NCBI GenBank assembly: GCA_964355175.1
Contig: CAYHBZ010000002.1
Location: 396,537-460,536, forward strand
Length of the DNA: 64,000 bases
Direction: 5' to 3'
Origin: an uncultured Gammaproteobacteria bacterium
GTDB taxonomy: Bacteria; Patescibacteriota; Patescibacteriia; Magasanikbacterales; GWA2-37-8
In this document: positions 1 to 9,196 of the stretch, in pieces
How positions within the stretch are numbered: the stretch's first letter is position 1
Layout of the letters: each line of letters opens with the position of its first letter
Made by a program: the position numbers and the translations under genes
The notes under the pieces: generated by a model
The model's database searches: none
Told to the model about the DNA's origin: nothing
Seen by the model: only the letters and a program-made list of their open reading frames with translations

Positions 1-1
1 T

Positions 2-574
2 TTGGGTACTACATTATTACTCCTGTTTGTGGAATGGAGTTTTTCCTGGGGTCTGGTAGCTTTGATCTATCTGATTTTTCCGTTTATCAGTTTTTGGCTG
101 TTACCGTCCAAGAGCCAGAACTTTTTGTCTTTTGTGCAAAAACCATATCGTCGTTGGCGATTTTGGATTACCTCTTTTGGGCTATATGGTATTTGGACCG
201 GCATATTTGCTTCGGTTTCTTTGCAGATTTTAAATATAAATTTTTGGTGGTTGTTAATTTCTGGCGCTGCCTTTACCGCCATAGTAAGTATGTGGTGGTG
301 GAAAGAGTATGGCATTGAGATGAAAGATAAATTGTGGTGGTGGGTCCTGGCAATCGGGGTATTCCTGTTGGAAATTTCCTGGGTTTTGTATTTATGGCCA
401 TTGGGATATTTTGTCAGCGCGCTGATGCTGGTGTGGCTGTGGTATGATATTTGGTTGATGGGCCGTTTTTATTTATTGCCAGCGGGCATTAATTGGAAGA
501 AACAAATTTCATTTTTCATTAGTAACGGGTTGTTGCTCTTGATTTTTTTGGCATTAATTGTTAAATGGAAGTAG
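2..574 (+). CDS. polytopic membrane protein, N-terminus outside window
   Basis: ORF open at window edge; Trp/Leu-rich translation with several hydrophobic helices; host-like AT-rich codons. Confidence 0.5.
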   Translation: MGTTLLLLFVEWSFSWGLVALIYLIFPFISFWLLPSKSQNFLSFVQKPYRRWRFWITSFGLYGIWTGIFASVSLQILNINFWWLLISGAAFTAIVSMWWWKEYGIEMKDKLWWWVLAIGVFLLEISWVLYLWPLGYFVSALMLVWLWYDIWLMGRFYLLPAGINWKKQISFFISNGLLLLIFLALIVKWK

Positions 575-607
575 TATCTTGAATCAACATTAGAAATTAT
601 AAATTTT

Positions 608-1669
608 ATGACCATCCCTCCACACATTCCCGCACCTAGTTGCAATATCTCTACTCACAAACAATGGCAGAATATCAGGGTCCTATTGTTGGCCGTAATT
701 TTCGGTTTGTTTGCTGGACTCACCGGAGCCGCTATTATGCTTGGTTGGATCTGGCCTAGTATTGGGGTGGGAGAAAGTTGGATTGGGACTTCTGATAATT
801 TGGTATCTTCTCGTGACACTCTGTCCGATAATGTGCGCGCCGAGAGTGAAGATCGTTTGGGCACGGTCTATCGTGAGGTGGCCAGTAGCGGCGGACTGAA
901 TTATCTCAGTAATGACAAAAAAATCGGTGAAGCGGTTTTTATTTCCAGTGATGGTTGGATGGCGATGTATTATCCAAATTTTGACGGTAATTATAAAAAT
1001 TGGAAAGTGCTTTTGAAAAACGGCGCTTATATGGGTGTGCAAAAAGCGCTCCATGATAGCTATACCAATTTGGTATATTTAAAAGTTGCGGCCACTCAGG
1101 CCGGCGCTCAATTCAAGGTGGCCAATTTTAATGATCAGCTAAAATCCGGACAGGATATGTTTATCCACACTTCGGTCAATTGGCGTCATAGTTTTTTTAA
1201 TGATTACTCTGCCCAGGCTTTTGTTTATCCGCATTTGGATACCGCTCCGAGTATAGTGCTCAAGCTCAATGACAGCTTTGAAACCGGTAGCTGGGTAGTA
1301 GACAGCAGCGGTAAATTTGTTGGAGTAATGGCCGGCGGCAATAATGTGTTGCCAAATAATTATCTGACTACGGTATTGTCGACAGTATTGAGCAATCAAA
1401 AAATATTTTATCGCACTTTGGGAGTAAGCGGTTGGTTTTCTATTGAACAGCCGATAGTGGTGGGCTCCGAACGCCTCAACGGTTTTGCCGTATCTAAAAT
1501 TATCAGTGCCAAGGAACTAAAAGTAGGGGATGTTATTATGTCTATAAACGGACAGCTAGTGTCGCCAGATAATTTGTGGTATAATATTAACAATTATCAA
1601 AGTGTTAAATTACAAGTTTGGCGCAAAGGTAAGCTAATCGAGTTAGTGGAAACTACTAAACAAATTTAG
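608..1669 (+). CDS. membrane-anchored PDZ-domain protein with degenerate trypsin/HtrA-like core
   Basis: N-terminal TM (VLLLAVIFGLFAGLTGAAIML); C-terminal PDZ-like GFAVSKII..VGDVIMSINGQLV; no clear GNSGG catalytic motif. Confidence 0.5.
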   Translation: MTIPPHIPAPSCNISTHKQWQNIRVLLLAVIFGLFAGLTGAAIMLGWIWPSIGVGESWIGTSDNLVSSRDTLSDNVRAESEDRLGTVYREVASSGGLNYLSNDKKIGEAVFISSDGWMAMYYPNFDGNYKNWKVLLKNGAYMGVQKALHDSYTNLVYLKVAATQAGAQFKVANFNDQLKSGQDMFIHTSVNWRHSFFNDYSAQAFVYPHLDTAPSIVLKLNDSFETGSWVVDSSGKFVGVMAGGNNVLPNNYLTTVLSTVLSNQKIFYRTLGVSGWFSIEQPIVVGSERLNGFAVSKIISAKELKVGDVIMSINGQLVSPDNLWYNINNYQSVKLQVWRKGKLIELVETTKQI

Positions 1670-1690
1670 TTTTTAATTTTTTGCTTTTTT

Positions 1691-2296
1691 ATGTTTGAAA
1701 TTTTGAGCCGTAGTTTTAAATTGATTTTAACTTGGGGAATTTTGGCGGCGGTATTATCGGCTGGTATTAGTTTGCTTTTTCCTTGGAAATATAGCGCGGA
1801 AAGTCAGGTGCTGATTATTTCACGCGATCGTACTGGTGTAGATCCATATACTCAATCCAAATCGGCTGAACGCATCGGTGATAACCTCACTCAGGTAATG
1901 CAGACAGCTGATTTTATGCAGAAAGTGATGGAAACACCCAACACCGCTTTTGACAAATCCCGTTGGCAGAATATGACTGATCGCAAAATGCGTAAACAGT
2001 GGAAACAAGATGTAGTTGGAGAGATGCAGTATGGTAGTAGTATTATGAAAGTGACTGTATATAGTACCAAAGATGATGTGTTGCCTTTGGCCAATTCGGT
2101 CACCGGTGCTGTGGTCACTCATGGTTGGGAATATGTCGGCGGTGATGTGGCTCTAAAAACTGTCAGCGCGCCACTCGTGTCCCGTTGGATTGCGAAACCA
2201 AATATTATTTTGAATGGACTTCTTGGATTTTTGGCCGGTGTAATTTTATCTTCGGCCTGGGTTATTAAATATCAGCGCCATTTGTTTGGCCGTTAA
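1691..2296 (+). CDS. Wzz/chain-length-determinant-like bitopic membrane protein
   Basis: TM at both N- and C-termini flanking a ~140 aa soluble domain, the architecture of short Wzz-like proteins. Confidence 0.4.
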   Translation: MFEILSRSFKLILTWGILAAVLSAGISLLFPWKYSAESQVLIISRDRTGVDPYTQSKSAERIGDNLTQVMQTADFMQKVMETPNTAFDKSRWQNMTDRKMRKQWKQDVVGEMQYGSSIMKVTVYSTKDDVLPLANSVTGAVVTHGWEYVGGDVALKTVSAPLVSRWIAKPNIILNGLLGFLAGVILSSAWVIKYQRHLFGR

Positions 2297-2309
2297 TTTA
2301 AATTATTTT

Positions 2310-2636
2310 ATGACGGACCAGAATATCTCAAACGAACAATCCGACGCGCAATTATTGGGCGCCAAGCTTGGTTTATTTATTTCCTCAATGCCAATTGACG
2401 ACGCGGCCAAAGCTTCGATGGTAGAAGCGGCTCTTTTGATGAATGAACAAGAATTGACGGAATTCGTCAGCGCGCTCGAAACCCAATATGCTACTTTCAA
2501 AACCGAGGGTTTTAAAGAAGAATTAAAACAAAATTTGTCGGGAGTAAAGAATAAATTTGATGCCAAACGAGAAGCTCTGAAGAAAGAAGCTTTGGCCGAG
2601 ATGTCCGATTTGGAAAAAGAATTGGATAACTTATAA
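2310..2636 (+). CDS. hypothetical acidic helical protein
   Basis: ATG at 2310 inside ORF 2286..2636; tightly spaced with the next two genes (operon-like). Confidence 0.45.
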   Translation: MTDQNISNEQSDAQLLGAKLGLFISSMPIDDAAKASMVEAALLMNEQELTEFVSALETQYATFKTEGFKEELKQNLSGVKNKFDAKREALKKEALAEMSDLEKELDNL

Positions 2637-2642
2637 ATTTTT

Positions 2643-2834
2643 ATGGAGGAAAATGTTGATCAAACTAAAAAAGATTCCGACGAGCGTTACCAAAAGTTGG
2701 TACAAGCTTTTTTGGCGGTAGAGCAGGAATTAGATCAACTCAAATCCGAAGGTTTTAATATCAAACACGATATATTTAAAGCAATCGATCACAACAAAAA
2801 GAAAAAAATAATAGACTTCATAAGTAAATTATAA
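2643..2834 (+). CDS. hypothetical small coiled-coil protein
   Basis: 63-aa ORF, 6 nt after previous stop and 4 nt before giant gene. Confidence 0.4.
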   Translation: MEENVDQTKKDSDERYQKLVQAFLAVEQELDQLKSEGFNIKHDIFKAIDHNKKKKIIDFISKL

Positions 2835-2838
2835 TTTT

Positions 2839-5800
2839 ATGGCTAGAAGTAATGCGGCCAAAAACCCCGCGCTCGAAACAGCAACGCCACCAGTGGTGCT
2901 GGTGGAAGACCTAAAAGAAAAGGAAATAAAACAAAAAAAAGAAATGAAGTTGGAAAAGATTGAGAGTGTCTTTGACGCGGCGAAGGAAAGGGTGAAAGGA
3001 AAAGAAGACCACCTGGCGGCGATGCACGCGGAATTGGTAGGTTTGCTTAATCAGATCCCGGATAAGGAAAATGGGGATTTTACGGTGCGATTACATAGAT
3101 TCGCGGATAGATTTGGAACTATTAAAAACCATTTAGATAATATGGTAGCCGAAAGCCAATTGCCGGAATTGGAATCGGGTGCTTTTGCGCCAGTGGATGC
3201 GACGGAGTCGTCGCCGGTGTCAAAGAGCAATAGTCATATTTCGGAATTAAAAAATTTCAAAGATACTAGTGGTGCTATTTTAAATGGGGCTGTAAATGAA
3301 AAAATAAAAGATAAACCGATTTTTCGCGGCAGCATGGTGTTTAAAAATGGTGACCATTATGTTGGTTTCTCTATTCTCTCAGCTGACGGATCTTATAAAT
3401 TTCACGGTGAAGGTTCTCTAGAAAAGGATGGGGGTAAGATGGCGCTTGAAGGTTTTTTTCAAAATGGCAAATTAAAAAATGGCCATCTGATTGAAAAATT
3501 AGCAGATGGTAGAACAAGAGTGGTATTTGCTGAAAATGAAAAAGCTGCGCGAGTTGAAACTGGATATTTTAATAGCAACAATCAGTTGGAAGGAGTGGGA
3601 GAAATTATTGATCAAAAACACGGTGTTAAAGAGCGTGGAGATTTTGTGAACGGCGAGCTTCGTGATGGTTATGTGGTAGATCTGATAAGCGGTAAACCGT
3701 TGGAAAAATGGGAAAATGGCAAACAAGTCGAAGCGGGAGAAAATTTACCAGCCGAAATCACTAATTCGGAAAAAAGTTTTGACAGAAGACTGGCTGCCAG
3801 AGAAAAAGAAAGAGAAATCAAAGTCGAAGAAGTTTTTGAAGCAGTCTCCGGTCTAGATGGTTTGGTAAACTTTGAGGATGTTTCCAATCAGGTTTTAAAT
3901 GGGAAAATCACTCACACGCCTAAAAGCGAACATATTTTTGACGGAGAAATAAAATCCGACAGTAGAGGCTATAAATACCAAGGCCAGGCTATTTTGGAAA
4001 GTGACGGTGTTTTCAGATTCCACGGCCAAGGAAAGCGTACCGCTGAGATGGCTTATGCAGGAAAGGTAGAACAGGAAGGTGAATTTTCCTATGGAACTTT
4101 TTTGAACGGTGTAGGAATATATACTGGCCAAGATATGGGCTACGGTGCAGATAAAGTTACAGAAAAAATGGAAAATGGCAAGACTGTAGAAAGAGTATTT
4201 TATCTTGAAAAATACAAAGATAAAAAGGATGTATTATTTGCCGGTCAGATGTTTGAAAAAGAATTTTCCAAAGACAATCTATATGTCGGTGAATTCACTA
4301 TGCCTAATGGCTCCGTATATAAAGGAGAGGCCTTTAAAAATAAAAAAGGTCAATTTGAATTGGTGAGCGGAAAGTCAGAGAGAATAAAATCCGCTACAGT
4401 GATAGATAAGTTTAAAGATTTATTTAGATTTGGTAGAAATAAAAAAGAAGAATCAAAATTAGCTACAGCCGAAGTTCAATCGGAAGTTGAGGCAGAAGCA
4501 GAACAGGCTCCGGAAGTTGTGGGCGAACAAGCGTTTCTTCTCGTCACTCCTGGAGGAGAAAATTACGCACTTAAAGGTATCGCCACTGATCAATCCGACG
4601 GCAGTAGGAAATTTAATGGAGAAATAAAAAATATTGATAACGGTGGTGAAGAGACTGGCTTCCAATATTCTGGTGAAGCAATTCTTTCTAGTAACAATGA
4701 AATAACTTTTCATGGCAAAGGAAAAAAGAGTGGCGCCTTTTTTGATGAAACCGGTGAATGGAATATGGGTGAGTTGGAAAATGGTGAAATCCATTCTAAA
4801 GATGGAGAACTTTTGAAAAAATATGTAAATGGACAAGAGGTGGCCGTGACCAAACCAGCTGAGAAGTCCAAAGAAAAAAGTTGGATCGGTAAAAAGTTGG
4901 AATCAGCCAAAGAGTCTGTAGCTTCCGCGTACAATTTTGTCACTACCAAAGAAGGAGCAAGGTTATCCAACCAAGCGGCCTATAAAATTGCCACTGGTTT
5001 TGTTGGTATTAAAATTGGAACGGATATAGCTTTGGCGGCCTATGCTGGCGCTTTGAATAAAGTTGGTGAAAAGGATTGGTTTTCGGAAGCTTTTAAAAAA
5101 CGATTGAAAGAGGAAGCGGCTGTAGCCGGAGAGTATAGTGATGTCTATAAACATCTGGGTGGTAGGGAGCAGATAGCTGCTATCAAAGCTGGATTTGCCG
5201 AATTTATGTCGGCCGTAAATCCAGAAGAAAATGAGAATGTGGAATTGAATCTGGTAGACGAGAAATATTCCGCTCTCAAAGCAAAAATCGAATCCTCCAA
5301 TAGAATCAACCAAGAAGCCAAAGGAAAATTTTTGGCTAAATTGGAAGAGATAAACCAAAAATTTGATCACAGAAATGAAAAGTTGGATGAACAGGAAGTG
5401 GCGGAAGCTAGCGCTTATATGAAAGCCTATATCGTAAATGATACGGCTGCTATGCAGATTGCCAGAGATAGTATCAGTGGCGTGGCCAAAGCGGTGATGG
5501 TTGGTGCCAGTGGCGGTAGCAGTCTTCTTTTGGCAGGAGCTATCGGCAGGGTGATGGGTATGGCCACTACCAAAGTAGTGGAGCGTGCGCAAAAAAGCCG
5601 CAGATTCAATGAACAAGCGGCATTGGAAAACAAAAAGACATTTAACGCCGCCGAGGATATCAAAGCCGCTTTGCTTGAGACAATGCACGGTTTGACTTTT
5701 AGTAAATTTAACGCGGGTAAAGATGTAAAGACCGGCAAAGATCTGGACAAGAAAGCTCTCTTTGCCAATTTTGCTAAATCGTTTGGTAATGTATTGATAA

Positions 5801-7815
5801 GCGCCGGTGTGGTGCTTGGTTTGGAAGGCAAGACTATCGGCAGTGCAATAAATGAGCTTGTCCATAAAATTTCCGGAGATGGATCAAATGCGGAATTTGG
5901 TCGTCAGATGGCGCAAAATGTTTCAGCCAAGGTTGCGGAAGCTAAAGGTGTAAATCTGGGTAAAATACCAGATAATGCTCCGGTCGCTGCCGCAATTGCC
6001 GCCGCCGAAGCCAAAGCAGCTGCTGTGGCAGCGGGCACAGCTTCAGATCATGTAGCGTCCAATGGTTTGGAAAACTCCGCCGATACCGGCGCTGGTGAAA
6101 ATTCAGCTTTGGAGACTTTCTACCAAGAGCATCCAAAATTATCGAGTGATGCCAAAGCTTTTTTTGATGATCTTGTAAAACAACATACTAAATTAAACAA
6201 TCCTGATTTTCTCAAAAAACTTTGGGAAGTTTCTGGTAATTCTAAATCTTCGCTTGATATCACCGGTGCCAAAGTACAGACCGCTATTTTCACCGAGATT
6301 ATTCACAGTGAGGGCAAGGAAGCGGCCGTAGCTTATTTGAAAGATGAAACTCATTTGCACGGTTTGGCTTTGCAAAAATTAGGAAAAGATGGCGTTGAAG
6401 CTTTTGTGGAAAGATATCTCAAAGGTGATGCTGGTGTGCAAGCCAAGTTGGAAAATAAATTATATGGGGCCATGAAAGCTGATATTGATACCGATCTTAC
6501 AAACAAAGGTTTTATCCAGAGACACGGTGATGGATCGGTTCGGGATGTCGGTGCGGCTAAAGGCCGACATTTCTTTGGGGTTGGTAAAGACGGCAAGCCT
6601 GTATTAGACGATGGTAAGGTTTCTAGGTTTACCCATCACAGCCCTGAACATTCGGTGGCCGGAAGTGGTAAAACAGCTTTGGACAAAATAGTATCCGGTG
6701 AAAAGTTACCTAAAGTTGGTTTACATGAACAAAAAATTGGCATTGGTCCAAATATTCAAAAAGGAATTCCAACTGGTTGGGCCGCCGCTAGTGAAGCAGG
6801 TCCAAAAGGGCAGGCTATGGTAAATGGTTTTATGGATGAACAGGGCCATGGAAGATTTTTAATTCATTCTACTGATCCTGGATCAGAATTTGATGTGGAT
6901 AGAGACATGCGCATGGTGGATTCTAATAGCGGCAAAATTTTTGATCTCGATGGAAATCATGTCGGTTATCTAAATGCTCCGATGGCAGAGAATACTCCAA
7001 CACCAGTGTCCGCAACTCCAGGCAGAGCTAGTTGGTCTAGTGGTGGAAATGGTTCTGAAAAAGGTAACGCCACCCAAAATGTAGTCAGAGCAGAAAGATC
7101 TGTTGATCACGGCGGCGGCGGTGCTCCGAAAGAACAAGCGGTAGTAGCTCCTGCAGAACAAGAACCTGCTCCAGAAGAGAAGAAGCCAGTTCGAGAAACA
7201 AGAGCACAAGTAAAAGCTCCCGGTATTGAAGACATGCTAAAAGCCGAACAAACTCTACAAGAAGATATGAAAGTTGGTAAATCCGTGGAGGCTGAACCTG
7301 TTCCGGTGGTAAAAGAAATTACTTCATTGGAGGATGGGCGTGAGGCGATTGCGGCTTTAGAATATTTGGACGGCGAAGAAAAAACTCGTTTGAGTAATTT
7401 TAGTTACTTACTCCAATGGCAACATGATCTCTATGGTCAAAACGGTTCAACTTTGCGCAACATGCTGGAAGGACAGGATGCGTTTGGTACTCTTGGTAAA
7501 GATCAGATCAATAGTATGATGGCCGAGTTGGCTCATAATAATGAACTGGCCAGTCGAGAGTTTATGAGAGCAGTATCAGATCATCAGCCGTATGATAAAA
7601 TTATAGAAAAATTGAATGATAAGATGCCTGGTTACGCGATGTTCCATGATGAGGATAATGCCGGCTTTGTCGATAAGATTATAAAAACGGATCTTTCGCA
7701 AAATGCAGGCGAAAATAAGGCCGCTTTTAGAGATTTGGAACTGGCAAGAGTGAAAGAAATGGTGGATCAGGCCGAGGTAAACAAGCTAATGCAGGCTCGA
7801 CAGGCAAAAAGATAA
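2839..7815 (+). CDS. giant 1658-aa protein: MORN-like repeat modules, central hydrophobic/Ala-rich region, Pro/Glu-rich spacer, C-terminal helical domain
   Basis: Single uninterrupted ORF; three ~60-aa modules (F.GEIK..G..Y.G.AIL.SDG...FHG.GK) at about aa 165-215, 360-420 and 585-645. Confidence 0.8.
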   Translation: MARSNAAKNPALETATPPVVLVEDLKEKEIKQKKEMKLEKIESVFDAAKERVKGKEDHLAAMHAELVGLLNQIPDKENGDFTVRLHRFADRFGTIKNHLDNMVAESQLPELESGAFAPVDATESSPVSKSNSHISELKNFKDTSGAILNGAVNEKIKDKPIFRGSMVFKNGDHYVGFSILSADGSYKFHGEGSLEKDGGKMALEGFFQNGKLKNGHLIEKLADGRTRVVFAENEKAARVETGYFNSNNQLEGVGEIIDQKHGVKERGDFVNGELRDGYVVDLISGKPLEKWENGKQVEAGENLPAEITNSEKSFDRRLAAREKEREIKVEEVFEAVSGLDGLVNFEDVSNQVLNGKITHTPKSEHIFDGEIKSDSRGYKYQGQAILESDGVFRFHGQGKRTAEMAYAGKVEQEGEFSYGTFLNGVGIYTGQDMGYGADKVTEKMENGKTVERVFYLEKYKDKKDVLFAGQMFEKEFSKDNLYVGEFTMPNGSVYKGEAFKNKKGQFELVSGKSERIKSATVIDKFKDLFRFGRNKKEESKLATAEVQSEVEAEAEQAPEVVGEQAFLLVTPGGENYALKGIATDQSDGSRKFNGEIKNIDNGGEETGFQYSGEAILSSNNEITFHGKGKKSGAFFDETGEWNMGELENGEIHSKDGELLKKYVNGQEVAVTKPAEKSKEKSWIGKKLESAKESVASAYNFVTTKEGARLSNQAAYKIATGFVGIKIGTDIALAAYAGALNKVGEKDWFSEAFKKRLKEEAAVAGEYSDVYKHLGGREQIAAIKAGFAEFMSAVNPEENENVELNLVDEKYSALKAKIESSNRINQEAKGKFLAKLEEINQKFDHRNEKLDEQEVAEASAYMKAYIVNDTAAMQIARDSISGVAKAVMVGASGGSSLLLAGAIGRVMGMATTKVVERAQKSRRFNEQAALENKKTFNAAEDIKAALLETMHGLTFSKFNAGKDVKTGKDLDKKALFANFAKSFGNVLISAGVVLGLEGKTIGSAINELVHKISGDGSNAEFGRQMAQNVSAKVAEAKGVNLGKIPDNAPVAAAIAAAEAKAAAVAAGTASDHVASNGLENSADTGAGENSALETFYQEHPKLSSDAKAFFDDLVKQHTKLNNPDFLKKLWEVSGNSKSSLDITGAKVQTAIFTEIIHSEGKEAAVAYLKDETHLHGLALQKLGKDGVEAFVERYLKGDAGVQAKLENKLYGAMKADIDTDLTNKGFIQRHGDGSVRDVGAAKGRHFFGVGKDGKPVLDDGKVSRFTHHSPEHSVAGSGKTALDKIVSGEKLPKVGLHEQKIGIGPNIQKGIPTGWAAASEAGPKGQAMVNGFMDEQGHGRFLIHSTDPGSEFDVDRDMRMVDSNSGKIFDLDGNHVGYLNAPMAENTPTPVSATPGRASWSSGGNGSEKGNATQNVVRAERSVDHGGGGAPKEQAVVAPAEQEPAPEEKKPVRETRAQVKAPGIEDMLKAEQTLQEDMKVGKSVEAEPVPVVKEITSLEDGREAIAALEYLDGEEKTRLSNFSYLLQWQHDLYGQNGSTLRNMLEGQDAFGTLGKDQINSMMAELAHNNELASREFMRAVSDHQPYDKIIEKLNDKMPGYAMFHDEDNAGFVDKIIKTDLSQNAGENKAAFRDLELARVKEMVDQAEVNKLMQARQAKR

Positions 7816-7841
7816 AAAATCTATATTGTAGTAATCATAGT

Positions 7842-7867
7842 AAAATCCCCTAATGTAGGGGATTTTT
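7842..7867 (+). terminator. intrinsic terminator after giant gene
   Basis: AAAATCCCCTA-ATG-TAGGGGATTTTT hairpin plus T-run. Confidence 0.6.
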
Positions 7868-7925
7868 ATTATTATATATTTTTGGCTAATTTTAGCCAAA
7901 ATAATTGATTTATTGGCCATACCCC

Positions 7926-7954
7926 TTGACAAAATTCGTAGATGGTGCTATACT
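7926..7954 (+). promoter_or_regulatory. sigma70-like promoter upstream of cassette A
   Basis: TTGACA (7926-7931), 17-nt spacer, TATACT (7949-7954). Confidence 0.5.
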
Positions 7955-8072
7955 AATCAGTTAAAATCAAATTTAACACCACGAATTATTGCGCCAGGTT
8001 TTGAGAGAGGCCCTAGCAATACATATAGACAGCTAGGTTAATTCTCTCTCAAAGGAGAATTTTTTACTTGTC

Positions 8073-8084
8073 GTTCTTTACAAT
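8073..8084 (+). promoter_or_regulatory. GTTCTTTACAAT box, copy 1 (followed by long leader hairpin, about 8093-8140)
   Basis: Exact 12-mer shared with 8941-8952 and 10397-10408. Confidence 0.5.
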
Positions 8085-8245
8085 AAATAGTGCTGAGCCC
8101 ACATGAGATCAAGAATTTCTTGATTTGATGCGGGTTCAGTGCACACAGCATTGACGTCCTCCGCGATTTTGCGGATTCGTTCAGTGCTGCGTACTGCAGC
8201 CAGGTCACGCGCCCACCTCAGTGGCGTTTCGTTCAGGAGTTTCCG

Positions 8246-8779
8246 ATGACCACCGCAAAGCACCCCGATCCGAACCATCCGGACCCCGGCACCACCGAAG
8301 AGCCCGTCGTCGACAAGGCGAAGGGCGACACGGTGGTGACCACGACGACCACCACGAGCGTTTCGTCGGCCGAGCCCATCAAGGCAAAGCCGGTGGCGAC
8401 CACCGACACCACGGCTGGCAAGACGGCGACCCAAGAGCCCAAGAAGGGTGGCTGGCCGCTCGGGACCATCGCCGGAGCTGTCGTGCTCGGTCTTCTGCTC
8501 CTCGGCGGCGTCTACTGGTTCGGCAGCCACAACAGCAGCACGCCGGTCGTCCCGCCCATCGCGGTCGCCGGTTGCTGTCTTCCCCAGGCCACCGTCGCGA
8601 GCCCCTGCTGCCCGCAACCGCCGGCTCCGCCCCCGCCGCCCGCCCCCGTCGTCAAGAAGAAGACGGTCGGCGAGTGCGTCGCCCAAGCCGTCGCCGGCAT
8701 GGAGGTCGCCCATGAGGACGACCGCCTCGCCGCGATGGACGGCGCCCGCGAAGAATGCGAGGAAGAATACGGCAAGTAG
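8246..8779 (+). CDS. GC-rich cassette A: bitopic membrane protein (Thr/Pro-rich N-terminal region, one TM, Cys/Pro-rich C-terminal region), no recognised family
   Basis: AGGAG 6 nt before ATG; strong G/C at codon position 3 in this frame only; TM WPLGTIAGAVVLGLLLLGGVYWF preceded by KKGG. Confidence 0.65.
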   Translation: MTTAKHPDPNHPDPGTTEEPVVDKAKGDTVVTTTTTTSVSSAEPIKAKPVATTDTTAGKTATQEPKKGGWPLGTIAGAVVLGLLLLGGVYWFGSHNSSTPVVPPIAVAGCCLPQATVASPCCPQPPAPPPPPAPVVKKKTVGECVAQAVAGMEVAHEDDRLAAMDGAREECEEEYGK

Positions 8780-8940
8780 CCGTTCCTGTCTCGCGTCGCT
8801 ATGTCGGTTCGGCGGGCCCTCAGCAATGAGGGTCCGCCGGCCGACTGGCTCGAATAGGACCTTTGTAGATTCCACTAGGGAAACTCCAAAGGTCCCCTAG
8901 ATTACATTCTTTTGGAAACAAGAGGATGTTGATAGGAAAA

Positions 8941-8952
8941 GTTCTTTACAAT
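8941..8952 (+). promoter_or_regulatory. GTTCTTTACAAT box, copy 2 (TTGATA 12 nt upstream)
   Basis: Exact 12-mer; about 35 nt upstream also similar to the copy 3 region. Confidence 0.5.
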
Positions 8953-9196
8953 TAAAACCAACAAAATTTTTTCCCACCTAAAAAGAATTATTATTTATAG
9001 TAATTCACTCTCGGTGGGAAAAAGTGTGGCGGAAATTCCGTTGCATAGCCTCCGACAGAGTCCCAATTGGGGCAAGTGCCCCGCGTGCGGGCTACTCTGT
9101 TACAGCGACCATTTCTGGGAAGCTGACCGAACGGCCCGCACGGCCGGTGTTCCAGTGTCTTGGTTTCGTGGGGTGAAAGTCCCCTGGAGTACAGCG

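Noticed and set aside
4963-5865. 300-aa minus-strand ORF, and the other antisense ORFs within the giant gene
   Set aside because: They lie entirely inside the 1658-aa plus-strand ORF. Their translations are low-complexity (Phe/Ile/Ser-rich) with no start context, so they are shadow ORFs.
8078-8875. Long minus-strand and off-frame ORFs inside GC-rich locus 1 (8078..8875 -, 8221..8715 +, 8448..8900 +, 9092..10228 -, 10417..11586 -, 10656..11426 -, 11210..11848 +, 11590..12159 -)
   Set aside because: These are typical stop-poor shadow frames of high-GC coding DNA. Their translations are Arg/Ala/Pro-rich low-complexity sequence, they lack an SD and ATG, and G/C enrichment at codon position 3 fits only the frames I annotated.
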